Shown: positions 1-23,429, counted from the first letter of the stretch. The stretch: DNA of 64,000 nt from Salpingoeca rosetta (GCA_033442325.1 JAWQFM010000020.1:352645-416644); one strand, 5' to 3'. A program made the numbers and translations. Notes: a model not told the origin generated them from the letters alone.

Positions 1-468
1 AGATGCATGCACGGTCACATTCACACACAAGTGCTTGTGAGTCCGGAGGCAAGGTCTGCCAAAGCAAGACGATGACATGCCAGCGGTACCAGAAGCGGGG
101 CGTGAACAAAACATGTGTGTGTGTGTGTGCTCCACGCAAAACATGTGCCTGCAAGCGAGCACGGACGTTTGTGATGGCTTCGAGCTGTGCTTCGAGAGCA
201 AGGGTGTCGTCTTGAAAGCGCAGCAGGAACGCGGCGCGATCGGCCACATGCATCTCTTTGTTCTTGGTCACGGCCTGCTCAATTGGTGGCAACAGCAGTT
301 TGCGGTGAATGGGTACTATGCAGCAAGACAAACACAAGCACGCACACAAACGAGAGAGACGGTGTGTGGATGTGTGTGTTGCTGCTGTGTGTGTATGTGT
401 ATGTGTGTCGCTGTGTGTGTATGTGTATGTGTGTCGCTGTGTGTGTGTCGCTGTGTGTGTGTGTGTTG

Positions 469-509
<41 letters not shown>

Positions 510-3092
510 TGTGTGTGTGTAATGTCCCCCGTCCCCACTTCAACCATGTGCGTGCGCACCTCGCAAGCTCTCTGTTGGTCTGCTAGGAGCTGCAGCATCG
601 CCAACAGATACGGGTCCTTCACCACGCGCTCCATCCGCGCCGCAACCGCTGGTATGTCCTCATCGGAGGCCGCTGGTGGCCATGGTTGTTGTGTGTGCGT
701 AGAAGTGAGTGAGACGAGTGAGCAGTGACAGAATGCACGGTTACAATCACATATATACACTATCCATCGCACGCTATCACACACACACACACTACTATCA
801 TCGTGGTGGTGGGCGACACCTTGGAGGGCAGTGCCGCAGAGGATGAAGAGGTCATTGCAGGGCTTGGGCTCGAGACTGGTCAGCACAATCAGGGCGTGGT
901 CAAGGCGGTTGTGGAAGGCGAGGAAGGATGCGGCCCGGCCAATGCACCCCAGCTGCAGCAGCCTGATGGTGGTGATGGTGGTGGTGGTGGTGGTGGTGGT
1001 GGTGGTGGTGGTGGTCATGGTGGTCATGGTGGTCATGGTGGTGAGGTGTCATGTCACATCACAAATTGGGACGGGTTCCACTGCGCCCCAACATCCCACC
1101 GCAGCCACAACCTTGCTTGTCCTTGTCGCCATCGAACAACAACCACAACGGCAGTCGCAACGGCAGCCACAACTCACTCCTTGAGGCGCGCGTTGATCGG
1201 GGCGGGCGAGTAGCGGTCAGCGCCGCGTGGGGGGAACCATCCGCACAGCGCCAGGCTCAGCAGCCGCTGAGGGGCGTGGTCGCACAGAACCTGTCCTGTG
1301 GACATGGTCACCTGCGTTGCATTTGGATGCACAAACCCTGGCGCGTGGCGGTAGAGCCACTGTGTATGATGAAGGTGGTAGATAACAGTGGTTGATGATG
1401 GTGGTTGCAGAGTGGTTGTGGTGGGGATGGTGAGATTGGTTCCAGAGCAAAGGTGTGAAAATGAAGGGAAGCACGCAGCCACAGTCGTGCAGTGCACATG
1501 ATGCATGTGCAGATTGGCGGTGGTCTGTACGTCGTGTTGTCATGCAGCATGCAAGCGACGCAAGGCAGTAGCGTGAGCGGTGGCGTCGTGAACTGCACCT
1601 GTGAGTTTGCAGCCAGCACGTCCCGGATGGAAACCGGGGCAGATTTCCCCATCACGCCTTTCCGCTCCTGGGCCTACACATACAAAGCAACCAAAAAAGC
1701 ACACACACACATAAACACACACGCACATACACACACACACACATGCGGAAATGTGGAGTCAGAATCGGTTGTGTTTGATGCGTGAACGCCAGCGAAGGCG
1801 GTCACTTCCCATCCACTGCGGTTGGGCCCTCGACATCTCCTCATCCACGCCACCAAGCACCATGCACGCAGGCAACGCATGCCCAAACGCACCACCAGCC
1901 ATTCCCAAACGGCGTGGACCTCCCAGTCATCGCACGTAATCTTCATGTTCCTCCTCGCCTGTGTACACACACACGCACGCACGCACATATGAAGGGATCG
2001 CATGGGCGATGTGTGGATTGTTGTCAATGGGCAATGCTTGCACACAATCAAGCACACACTCACAACGTCGCAACCAAGAAAGGTGCTCCGCTGCGCGAAT
2101 ACGCACATGAACCCGAACATACACACGCATATACACACGCATATACACACGCATATACACACGCACAAACACGCACAAACACGCACAAACACGCACACGC
2201 ACGCGCATGCGCATGCACACACACGCACATGCTCATGCTCAACCACGCATTCTCACAGATCCATTGTGGTGACACGTACGCTGTTGCTGTATCCCCTGAC
2301 GAGGCGGTCATACATGCGCGCACCAATGTACGACATGCGAACAGCGGGGTCTGTCGGCGGGAAGGACACCTTGGCCTGCGACTTGGGTCGAGGCTGGAAG
2401 ATTTTGCTGCGGCGTTTGGTGCGCACACCACCAGCTCCACGACGTCCGTGAGGTTGACTGCCCTCACCATCGAAATCGTAGTCATCATCGTCGTCGTCAT
2501 CGTCGTAGTCATCATCATCGTCGTCATCATCATCATCATCACCACCACCATCATCATCATCATTATCATCATCATCATCACCACCGTCGTCGTCGTTGTT
2601 GTCATTGTTGTCACGGGTATCGCCACGATCAGCAATGCTGCCACCGCCACCAGCAACACCATGACGCACACTGTCAAACGCAGAGCTGATGGTGTCCGCA
2701 TAACTGTTATCTTCCTCGTCAAAGTCGCCCATCTCAATGGCAAAATCAACCGGCACATCGTCGTCCTGGCTCACCCACGTGTCGTCTGCCGCATCGTACT
2801 CAAACAAGAGATCGTCATCGTCCTCATCAGACTCGTCGTCGTCGTCGTCATCATCATCGCCACCATCAAGCAGCCTGCGCGGCGGGCGAGGCAACGGGAC
2901 CATCAGGCGCTCCATCAGCCGCCGTGTTGCTGCATCCTCAAAGATCTCTTCCTCGGCAATGGGCATGTCGAGCAGCCGATGCAGCAGCTGCTCGTATGCC
3001 TCCTCCGGCGCATCCGCATTGTACGTGCGCATGAATTGTTTCTGGTGGCGACATTGAGGCAGGAGGCGGTTGTGGTGACGGTGTGTGTGTGT

Positions 3093-3130
<38 letters not shown>

Positions 3131-3261
3131 AAAATTAGTGGCGGCCACGAGTGAATGGGAAGAGAGCTCAGAAGGTATTAACTGATTGAAGCAATCACGC
3201 CGATGACAAGAGCGACCCCTCGTCCTTCTCTTCCTCAATTTCATGCCTCTCCACACCTCAA

Positions 3262-3322
<61 letters not shown>

Positions 3323-4450
3323 ACACACACACGCACGCACGCACATATGAAGGGATCGCATGGGCGATGTGTGGATTGTTGTCAATGGGCAATGCTTGCA
3401 CACAATCAAGCACACACTCACAACGTCGCAACCAAGAAAGGTGCTCCGCTGCGCGAATACGCACATGAACCCGAACATACACACGCATATACACACGCAT
3501 ATACACACGCATATACACACGCACAAACACGCACAAACACGCACAAACACGCACACGCACGCGCATGCGCATGCACACACACGCACATGCTCATGCTCAA
3601 CCACGCATTCTCACAGATCCATTGTGGTGACACGTACGCTGTTGCTGTATCCCCTGACGAGGCGGTCATACATGCGCGCACCAATGTACGACATGCGAAC
3701 AGCGGGGTCTGTCGGCGGGAAGGACACCTTGGCCTGCGACTTGGGTCGAGGCTGGAAGATTTTGCTGCGGCGTTTGGTGCGCACACCACCAGCTCCACGA
3801 CGTCCGTGAGGTTGACTGCCCTCACCATCGAAATCGTAGTCATCATCGTCGTCGTCATCGTCGTAGTCATCATCATCGTCGTCATCATCATCATCATCAC
3901 CACCACCATCATCATCATCATTATCATCATCATCATCACCACCGTCGTCGTCGTTGTTGTCATTGTTGTCACGGGTATCGCCACGATCAGCAATGCTGCC
4001 ACCGCCACCAGCAACACCATGACGCACACTGTCAAACGCAGAGCTGATGGTGTCCGCATAACTGTTATCTTCCTCGTCAAAGTCGCCCATCTCAATGGCA
4101 AAATCAACCGGCACATCGTCGTCCTGGCTCACCCACGTGTCGTCTGCCGCATCGTACTCAAACAAGAGATCGTCATCGTCCTCATCAGACTCGTCGTCGT
4201 CGTCGTCATCATCATCGCCACCATCAAGCAGCCTGCGCGGCGGGCGAGGCAACGGGACCATCAGGCGCTCCATCAGCCGCCGTGTTGCTGCGTCCTCAAA
4301 GATCTCTTCCTCGGCAATGGGCATGTCGAGCAGCCGATGCAGCAGCTGCTCGTATGCCTCCTCCGGCGCATCCGCATTGTACGTGCGCATGAATTGTTTC
4401 TGGTGGCGACATTGAGGCAGGAGGCGGTTGTGGTGACGGTGTGTGTGTGT

Positions 4451-4488
<38 letters not shown>

Positions 4489-4619
4489 AAAATTAGTGGC
4501 GGCCACGAGTGAATGGGAAGAGAGCTCAGAAGGTATTAACTGATTGAAGCAATCACGCCGATGACAAGAGCGACCCCTCGTCCTTCTCTTCCTCAATTTC
4601 ATGCCTCTCCACACCTCAA

Positions 4620-4704
<85 letters not shown>

Positions 4705-7700
4705 GCACGCACGCACACGCAAGCACGCAAACGCAAAGGCAGCATGCGTGGCCTTGTGCCTGGTCCCACCTCGTATTCATACACGCGTTGCAGGGCCTTG
4801 TTCGGGGCTTGCGGTGCCTCCACATCCTTTCCACTCGGGCGGTCGCCTATCACCTTCCCCGTCTTGCCGGCCCCGCGAAGGGGCTTTGGTCGCGGCAACA
4901 GGCGTCGCACCATCATGTCTTCCTCAGGCACCACTGTCGTCACCTGTGTGTCCACGCCGGCAAATCGCTCCTCCGTGCCGATGCTGCCCGCCCGGCTCAG
5001 CGCAAACCCAAACATGTTCTCGTCCGTCCGCAAAAAGTACCCTAACATGCATGCATGTGTGTGTGTGTGTGTGTATTGCAAGAAAAATTCCACATCAGTT
5101 AGATAGTGTCACCACTGCAATGAACCTCTTCATTTCATTTCCTTTTCCGCCACCTTCTCCCCCACCCAACAAAGTCCACGCACACGCACACGCACACGCA
5201 CACGCACACGTCTACCTTTGCCCACCGTTTGGAGATTGAATGGTGACGTTGGCTGGATGCAGGACGGTGTCCGTGACGAATCCTGTCAACGAACGTGGCA
5301 CAACAGGACAAGCGCACAACGAAAGTCATGTCACATCACATGCATGCAAACAAACCTTGTGGCCATCTCAGCTGCGAGCTTGTATGTATGTGTGTGTGTG
5401 TGTGTGCGTATGTGCATGTGTGTGAAGCGACCTTCGCGGGCGATTGCGGCGACGCGGGCCTTGTGGCGCGGATGGCACGACAGCGCAGAGAAGTTTGCAC
5501 CAATGTCCTGAAGAGTCCACCAGACAACACGCCAGCACAACACGTGTGAGTGTGTGGTGCAATGACTGGAGTGACGTTTGTGGAGACCGACACGCACATG
5601 AGCAGGGGCAATTTTGAGATCAAACCCACGAGCAAACACGCACGTGTGCGTATGTGTGGTGCTTCTTCTCTGGCGCGGCGAAGATTTCCCGCATGGAGCT
5701 GCGGAAGACATTTGCCGTGTGGATCCATGGGCTCCCCGTCTCAAGAAAGCAAAGCAAGTCCGACCTGAATATCACATGCGCACAGACACACACACGCACA
5801 CGCACACGCACACGTGTGAACACGCACACGCGTGAATACGCACACACATAGATACGCATACACACAGATACACATGCATACAACCACACATACACACATG
5901 AATACAAGTACGCACACACGCACAAACACACACACACATACACAAGTGTCCACGTCGCGTGATTACACAGACGCGCACATGAGAAGCACGTGCGTGTGTG
6001 CGTGGCACGTGACCGACCTGGTTGGAGAGAAGTGGAGGTCAACAATGGCCTGGCCGGGCGATGCCGAGATTTCGCAGATGGCTGGCGAGCGCCACCGCCG
6101 CACATCAAACACCTGCAGTGAAGAACAGCGTGGCGTGGGGCCGGGCATGAAGAGGCATCAGCGCGCGCAGTTAGTGAGTGATGAAGATAGCTCAAAGCAC
6201 GGAGCAAGGGTGGAGCTGTGCACAGGCGTGGGGCGGGGTTGCTGGGGCAGGGGCAGAGATATACGTGAACAGGCACGTGCATAGGAAGAGAAACAGAGCG
6301 ATGGAGGGTGTTTACAATGAACACACATACACATGCTCACACGAATCACGCACATTCACACACACGCACACATACACGCACACATTGACACACACGCACA
6401 CATACGCGCGCATTAACACGTGCAAAAGCACTGACGCTGCCATGCAAGCAAGAAGCAAAGGGGGTCGTACGTGAATGCAGCCTTGTCTGGCCACGGCCAT
6501 CATGTTTTCGTCGTACGGGTTGATGGCTATGCGCTCCGCATCGCTCATGCGCCACTTGTACGCCTCTTTACCCATGCGAAGGTCGAACACGCTCACGGCG
6601 TTGGTCATCCTGCCCGCCCAGCGTTGCCGCATGCAGAGCAGAGATGGGTGGCGGTAGTGGCAGCCGAAGTAGCCATTGAAGTGATGATTGCAGTCAATGT
6701 GGATATCGATCGGTGGTAACATGTGGCGTCGCAACAGCAGGCCCACGAGTGAGCCAGTGTGTCGTATGGGAAACCAATCGACACATCAAACGCACACACA
6801 CGCACACGCGCACACACACATGCATGCACGCACACGCACACGCACACGCACGCACACGCACACGCAAGCGCACTCATGGGGACGTACGCTGCAAAGAGGG
6901 AGTGCGACTTGGCGGGGCTCCACTTGGTGTCGCGGCAACCGTGACCGTTGCCAAGTTCTTGCAGCGCAACTGGCCGGTGGCGGCCCGTCTGCTCCAACAA
7001 ATATAGCACACACACACACGCACATGTATGTGGGGGTGGATTCGTGGATGTGATGTGCAGGTAGTTCATGGTGAGAGAAGATTGCAAGCAAAAGGTGGGT
7101 CGACGCACGACGCGCATCCACACGCACACAAATACACACAAATACACACAAATACATACACAAACACATGCTCGATGTAAAATGCAAACACACACACACA
7201 TTCATATGCACGCGTACACACTACCGCACCCTTGACGAAATGGTGAACTGTCGAGCAGTCCCTGTTGCCATCCGCAGACGTGCGAGATCAGGCAGCCTGA
7301 GACAACACAACCAAGGAGGTGAGCGAGGGGCGGGGGTATATTCGGATGTGCACACAGGAGAGGCACCGCGTGAGAGCAGTCATGGTGTGAATGTATGTGT
7401 GTGTATATGTGTGTGTGTGTGTGCGTGTGTAGAATCACAGCAACAGCTCGAGCACAGACACACACACACACACATCGAGCACAAAGGCACGTGCCCACTC
7501 ACTGGGCTTCATATCGTCGTGGATCCCAGACGAGAATGCTTCGACGCGAATCACGCGAGTACCCAACTGCCGACGCACACACACACACGCACGCACGCAC
7601 GCACACACGCACGCACACACACACGCAACCATTGAAGGGAAGAAACGTGTCCATGAATGGGTATACGCGGCACAGCGCATGTCGCAGAGAGAGAGAGAGA

Positions 7701-9045
7701 GCGCGCGCGGGTGGTGTAACGTGAGTTCATGCACAACCTGTGCAGCGGGCACACAGCATTTGAGAGAGGCACCCATCCCTGTGTACATGTGTGTGTGTGT
7801 GTGCGTGTGAACGCACGTGCAATCTGGTCCCTGAGAGTGTTCCATTCGGTGGATGTGCAGTAGCCGCGGTTGTGCACAGACAACGCAGCGCTCAGCTCGG
7901 CAGTTCCAGGCGTCTCTTCTTCAATGAGCGACTTGATGAATGCTAGAACACAACAACAAACAGACAAGCGGGCGTAATCAAGGGGGTCGTGAGAGCCACA
8001 CTATGTCGATGCAGAAGCATGACTCTTACGCAAGTGTACCTCAGTTTGCGCACATGAGCCACATGTATGGATCCACACACTCACGCAAAACACACACATG
8101 TACAACAACAACAACACCCACACACACAGCAACATATACACACACACATACATGAACCACCCACCCACGCACAACAACGACTCCAGTGCGTACTTGTTGC
8201 GGTGCCAAAGTTGGCAACGACAAGGCGGCCTTCTGTCTTGCGTGGACACCTGAAGAAGGCAATGTCACGTTTGAGTGAGTATGTGGCGTGCGCACCAACA
8301 CGAAAGATGCGTGGCAGCATGACATGGGGACTACTGTAATCGACAACAAAGTCTTGTTGCTCTGTTCTTACCAGTCAAATGTGCAGCGTGGGCCGGGCTT
8401 GGAGTTGACGTAGCCTCCAATTCTCTTCACCCTCAGCTACAACCCACACAAACAAATAAGCAAGCAAACACAAACACACACGCACACACACACACGCCCG
8501 CACGCACGCACAAACACACATGCACACACATGCACACAGCGTCATGAGATGGCGAGCGAATGAAAGGAGCGATCAGTGACACATGTGCTGCGGCAGTCAT
8601 GACGGGTCCCAGTGCACTCACTGACCAGCTCGTCGGGTCGCAGGACGCTCAGGTCAGAGACGTCGCCGATCCACCGCGACCTTCCTGGCTCAAGCCTCGA
8701 CCTTTGACCTGGCTGCTGCTCCAAGAAGTCGGGTGATTGTGGACGACTGGGTGCTTCTGGGATGGAGAAGAGATGCAAGTCCGACTGTGTGGCCAGCAGC
8801 AGCAAATCATCCTGCCATGGACACCATTTCCCCCCAAGCACGTAATGTTGGCGTGCCTTCTCCTCGCGCCTTGCTCGCCGTTGCTGTGCGCGCTTCTTCC
8901 TCTTTTCCTTTTTGCGCTTTGCTCGCTCGCGTCGCTCCTGTTCCTCCTTTTCCTGCCGCTCTTTCTCCTGCCTCTCCTTCTCCTGCCTCTCCTTCTCCTC
9001 TCGCTCGCGCTCGCGCTGCTTGTCAGACTGCTTCCACCACCACAT
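1..9045 (-). CDS. MIOS: GATOR2 complex subunit MIOS/Sea4 homolog (WD40 + alpha-solenoid), multi-exon, 3' end runs off the window
   Basis: Exon peptides resemble MIOS segments as I recall them, in the right order: [13 protein letters not shown]; [10 protein letters not shown]; [13 protein letters not shown] (cf. DKHRADFSVLIWD); [17 protein letters not shown] (cf. LYELGQNDACLSLCWLP); VSVFDLR...IAINPY; VFDVRR...LHFSPTR; [13 protein letters not shown]; [11 protein letters not shown] (cf. ERILALQLCGW); [10 protein letters not shown]; DPYLLAML; [14 protein letters not shown] at 9045 begins a charged E/K/R-rich N-terminus. Not every exon boundary was resolved. Confidence 0.85.
1963..4678. repeat. 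Tandem duplication of a 1358-bp unit (1963-3320, 3321-4678) containing a 762-nt MIOS exon
   Basis: Identical ORFs offset by 1358 (2253/3611, 2060/3418). I noticed one substitution (tgcatcctc vs tgcgtcctc). Breakpoints lie in (CA)n tracts. Confidence 0.95.
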
Positions 9046-9183
9046 TGTGTCTCATGTGCTGCGCGCACTGTCCCCACTGTCTTCTTGCTCGCTCGTCCAC
9101 ACACAAACAAGCAAGCAAGCAAGCAAACAAAAATTGTCTTCTCTGCCGTGAATGATTCCATGGGGATTAAGCTCTCTTGAAGT

Positions 9184-9231
9184 GTGACGTCACGGGTGCC
9201 TTGGTCCTAAGCACGGACGAAACATGTTTCG
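9184..9231. promoter_or_regulatory. Palindromic motifs in the divergent MIOS/protease intergenic region: GTGACGTCAC (CRE/bZIP-like) and CGAAACATGTTTCG
   Basis: Perfect palindromes at 9184-9193 and 9218-9231, about 140-190 bp upstream of the MIOS ATG. Function is inferred only. Confidence 0.3.
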
Positions 9232-9972
9232 CACAGGACGTTTGTTCACCTTAGCTCTCTCTCTCTCTCTCTCTGTCTCTCTGTCTGCTCCTCTTTTCTC
9301 AACTTACACACACCCACCACGCAACGGCCACGTCCACGGGCTCGAGCACCTACACACCCCTACACCCCCGTCCCCTCTGTTCCTCGTTTGGGCTCGTGCC
9401 AGTGTGCTCGTGCACTCGTGCACGTGTCTGTCTCGTCCGTGTTCAACTGTTCTAACAGCTTCCTTGCTGTCCAGGGGGCCGGTCCTCGTGTCATCACGTG
9501 TCACCTTCCCGAATTGCGCCTCGAGCTACACAGCCTCGAGCTACACAGCCACGAGCTACACATTGTGTCGCAACACCTCACCGCGCAACAAGTAAGCAAG
9601 CGACACTGCAGTCCTCTCGTCTCGGCACATCACGAGCAAAGGTGGTCAGCACATTGTTTCATGCTTAGGTTCTCTGACAGTGCACCTACGCACGCACACA
9701 CGCACACGTATGGATACACGCACACATATGAACACACATTCACACGCGTCCATATTCACGGAACACAGACGCACTCACCCCATCGCTCTTGTTGATCAAT
9801 CGACGAGAGAATTGTCATTTACACCGCGATCCCGAAACCAGCTCACATCGACCAACTCATCCAACCTTGGACTTCTTCCTGCAGACAAGCGTACAACGCC
9901 CCCCCCCCCTATCCGGCGGAGCGCACATACCCATCAAGCATCTTCCCAGCTCGGCTCTTCCTTCAACGGCGC

Positions 9973-13998
<4,026 letters not shown>

Positions 13999-14123
13999 CC
14001 AGGCACCCACTGCCAATGCTGTCCGACGACGATGTTGGAGCTTGGTATTGAGAGAAATGTTGCGCGCTGACTCGCTGTCTCCTCACCCCTGTCTCTCTCC
14101 CTGTTTGCCTGTCTGATTCTCTC

Positions 14124-14177
<54 letters not shown>

Positions 14178-14637
14178 GCTTGCGTGCTTATATTTGCTTC
14201 CGTGCTTGTCCACGACGCAATCGTGTACTGGAGCGTGCGGTGGTCTTGCCAAAGTCTTAAGTGTCCGCCCAGCAGTGCTGGTTGCTTGTTTGTTGTCTTC
14301 CTCCCGCCCCCTCTCTCTCTCCTGTCAGCTTCACCTGTTCCCAAGCCTCTCGTGTCGCGCTTCCGCCTGTTTTGTGCCTGTGCCTGTGACTATGCGACTG
14401 ACTTATTCTTATATCGTCTCAGCTGATTCAATGAAGCGTCACCTTGAAAAGACTGCGAGTACAACGAGAACAGATGAACAGGACGGGGCAAGGCGCGCGC
14501 GCGTGTGTGTGTGTGATGTGTGCGCATGAATATGCGTGCGTGTGTGTGTGTGATATGTGCGTGCGTGCATGCTCGCACGTGGTTCGTGCGTGATACAGCG
14601 CGTTTCAAGCTTGTTCCAGGTCGCTGCTCCTGCGTTT

Positions 14638-15499
14638 TCATTGCGGCTGCTGCTGTTGTTGCTGTTGTTGCTGTTCTTGCGCGCGTTGCAGGACGGCGTG
14701 TGTGATTTCACGCACGTGGTCCTCGGTAATGACATCTACCTGACAGCGCAACACGTCTCGATGTGATTAGAGTCGTTACATGACAGGCAGTGGTGGACAC
14801 AAGGGACATATCCATACCATGTGGCCGAGCCTTCGCATGGTCAAGCACAAACACACACATGCACACACACACACGTACACACACACACGTACAGACAGAC
14901 ACAGACAGACAGACAGACAGACACAGACACACACAGACAGACACACACAGACAGACATGCCAACCTGTCTTTCCCGGGTGAGTTGTCGCAGTGCCTGAAG
15001 GACGGGCTGGACAAAGTGCTGCTGTGCGAGCGCGAGCTCCATCTGTGCACGGTGCGGCAGCTGCTGCATCAGGCGCGCTGCAACCTGACACATGTTCAGA
15101 GGTACCCACGACTACATGGGTGAGAGGAGGGGTTGGTGTTCATGCACGCATGCAGCCGCTAACACAAGTGCGTACGCGGTCACACGCACACACGTGCGTG
15201 CAACAGTATTAGCAGGTTATGCAATGCGAGTGCAACCAGTGCGCAACAACCAACGCACCCTGGCCTGTTCCTCTTGCTGTCTCTGTCGCCGAATGGCATC
15301 AAAATGCTCCTGACTGTCCTCCTCATCGTGCAGGAAGTCAACACCACGCTCTCGAAACAGTTGCTGTGCGGGCGCGCATGTATTTGTGAGAGAGATGCAA
15401 AGCATGAGTCGGTTGAACGCTGGGTGGAGAGAGGGAACATGGTAGTTCAGCAAAGTAAGACCAACATGCGTTGCAGACATACAGACATATGGACACACA

Positions 15500-15530
<31 letters not shown>

Positions 15531-16153
15531 GCAGAGATGGTCAGGCGGACATGCTGTGTTGGTGTGCCCACTCACTTGACAGGATTGACATGCGCATATG
15601 CATTGACGAATGCCGTGATAGAATGCGCCATGCTTGCATCGGTGTGCCACGTCATGATCCTCACCGCTGCAATCACCACCATCGTTGTCGCCATCAGCGG
15701 TTTTGACGTGACAGAAGCAAATCGACCTGCTGCTCTCTGATTCACTGGTTTCTTGCTGCGCTTGCACACTCCCCTCGCCTTCACTTTGATCGGTCTGCGC
15801 CCGTTGTTTGGGCTTCTTGGCTGGCTGTTCCTCTCCTTCTTGGTGCTGTACTGTCAACCCCTGTTCTCGCTCTGCGTCCGCACCTGTTGCTGTTTGATGC
15901 ATCTCCGCATTCAAGCTAAGACCCTTCTCACCCTCATCACCACCATCACCATCATCATCACCAGCATCATCATAAGTGGGTGTGGACAACAGCAGTGGTC
16001 GTAATCGATCAACCAACCACACATAGCTGCTGTGACACCTGTGATCCCAGCACGTGGGGAGGTTCAGACGGGATTGTGTTACATTATTACGTCATGGTGT
16101 GCGATGAAGGCACTTTGTGTTGTTCACAGCCGGGCAATGGTGTACAGGCAGAA

Positions 16154-16199
<46 letters not shown>

Positions 16200-17672
16200 A
16201 CACACACACATACACACACACACACCACCACCACCACCACCACCCACCCCCACCCCCACCCCTCCCCCCCCCCCCCACACACGCACACACAAAGTAACGA
16301 CGCACCTGCCACAGATGAAGGATACAGGGTGTGTGATGGAGTCGCTGTCCGGGTGGGGAACATCCGCATGTGCAGCGTCAAACCCCTGATACACGAAGAT
16401 GGCAGTATGAGACCGGATGAGGTCGTGTCGGGCTGCATATTTGTTTGCGGGAAACCATTGGAGACGGGTTGGCATGTCACGCAGAGCGCCTTGTACCCAA
16501 AGCTGAGCAAGTGGGCTGTCTCACCACCGTGTGGAACCAGTCTTCGCAAAGAACACACTGCACCATGTCCTCGTTCACATCCTGAGCAGCGATGCAATGT
16601 AAAGTAGCAAAAGCAGCGAGCACAAGTCACGCACAAGAAGACGTGAGATTATGAGTGTGAGTGTCCGCGTACGTGCGTATGTGCGTATGTGTGGGAGTGT
16701 GCTGTGCTGTGTGGTTTGTGTCTGCAGTTCGTACCTCCGGCAGCGTGTCGTCGGGATACGGCCTGTTGCAGTGGCAAAACTGGCCTTCAAAGTTGTGGTT
16801 ATAAGTATTGCTGGCATTGTCCCCAGGTTTTGGCTGTGTGTGCGGTGAGTGTAGCGAGTGTGATGAGTGTGTGTGTGAGTTACATGTCGTCGCAAGTTGG
16901 CTGCGATTATATTGTTGTGTTCAGCAAGTGCGAGTGAGGCCAGACACATGCACGGATTGGTGTTGGAGGTTTTGGCTTACACAGAGCTGGCAAGGCACGT
17001 GACCCATGCGAGGTGTTCCACAATCGCAGCGGAACCGACTGCACGCACCACCAACACAAAGTAGAGCAGCAAAGGTGAGTGTGTGCTTCCCATCTTGTGA
17101 CACCAGCACATGCCCACATCCTCCTCCAACTTACTTCTCTTTGGGCTACCCTGAGCTGTTCATGGTACGCACGCATTTGCCACTAGCCCCTTGTTGAGAA
17201 CACCCACCGCTTTGTCCACAGTTCCACGATATCATGGCCTGCGTGGCAGGTTGATGAGCAGCCAAAGCACATGCCAGCACGACGACCCGTCTTGACAAAA
17301 CAAGTCATACAGGCAAACACTGCTTGTCTCTTAGCAAAGTCCAACTATGTACAAACATGTGTGGGTGGGTGAGGTGGGTGAGATGGGGATGCACTTTGGG
17401 GGGGGGGGTGTCAGGTGGTATGACTGCAGCCTTGCAGTCTTCTCCGACAGCAAACGTTAATGTGATGTGGACGTTTTCACACACACACACACGCACACAC
17501 ACACACGCACACACACACACACACAAGACCGCACATTGCCGAAGGTGCACAGGCCAGGCTCTTGGCCTCCCAACAAGGCTACGGCCTGGTCCTCGTCCTC
17601 GGCCATCTGCTCCTGCCATGCCACCATGTCCACGCCGTCATCATCATGCTCATCTCCGCCAGTGAACGCCAT
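14638..17672 (-). CDS. UBR7: UBR7 (UBR-box + PHD E3 ligase/histone chaperone), multi-exon
   Basis: MAFTGG...EDEDQAVALLGGQEPGLCTF; RFRCDCGTPRM; NTYNHNFEGQFCHCNRPYPD; DMVQCVLCEDWFH. Last exon VDVITEDHVREI...QPQ* with stop at 14638-14640. Confidence 0.9.
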
Positions 17673-17746
17673 CGTTGTTCGCGCTTCCTGGGCACACACT
17701 GAATTCAGTGTTGTTGTGGTCCTGCTTTGCTTGTTGTGTGGAGAGG

Positions 17747-22339
<4,593 letters not shown>

Positions 22340-23429
22340 TACCAGTGTGTCGTGAGCGACAACAGCACAGCACGGCGCACAGTGGCATTGTGTCGTGGAT
22401 ACATTTCCTTTTCATTTTGATTGATTTCAACATGTACATTTAGCACCGCTCTGCTATCTTGGGTCTTGTCTGCCAAATGTGGCGCGAAGTACACAATCGC
22501 ATGGGCACCGAAGCGGCCATGACAACTGCAACTCCGCAGGCAGCCTGTGGGCGGTCCCACGGTCAAGCTCATCATCGCGGACATAGCTTACACTAAGTAA
22601 GTTGCAGTCTGTAGGTTTGACCTAAAGACATGAGCTGCGGCAGAGCGTCGAACGCACATATGATGTTTTCCATTCAGTTTGCACGCTTGTGGGTTCCACC
22701 CGCAACAAAACAAATTCTCATGAGTATTTTTTTTGGCAGACGGTTTGGTTTGGTTGTGTGTCTGGTTGGCGGGCGGACCTTGCTTGCTTTGCCTTGCTTT
22801 GCCTTGCTTTGCAGTGTTGTCCATCGATCGCTGATGAATCACATCGCATCCCCACCCACCACCACCGCCACCCCACTTATTTTTTTTTTTCTGTGTGTGT
22901 CAGATCATCGTATTCACATCACACCCTCACAACTCTCGTCTTTGCTTTGCCGATCTCGTCGCAGAGCTGACGGCGTACTGGAAGAAGATCCACGGCCACT
23001 GTTGGTGTCTGCTCTTGGTGCTGGTGTTGTTGTGCTTGATCGAACCGCCCTGCACTCGCCCGGTCCGTGTTCCTCGCCACCCTGTTTTGCTGACGTGTCC
23101 TTGTTTGTGTCTGTTTGTAGGTTTCTGGTGTCCTGATGTGGTGTGGTCGCAGCTGGTTGTAGTGATGTGGTTGTGCTGATGCACGCTTGTCGTGCTGTTG
23201 TTGTCGCTGGATTTTGTGTGAGTGCTGAACAAACAAGGGAGGTTCATGAAGATGGCAAGCACCCACATTCAGTCATCTCATCTCACCCTTGTGTGCATTG
23301 CTGCTGTCCTTGTCCACTGTGTGTCACCGGCCGTGCTTGCTGTCCCACCACATCAACATATCACACGGTGCGGTTGCGGTTGTGGTTGTGGGGATTGTGT
23401 TTTGACAGGAAACGCATCAGAGCCCCGCC

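Noticed and set aside
22590-22740. AT-richer intergenic stretch with a small hairpin (TTGTGGG/CCCGCAA) and a T-run, as a possible sn/snoRNA
   Set aside because: Only one short stem and no complete box or Sm-site architecture; consistent with ordinary 3' or promoter sequence.
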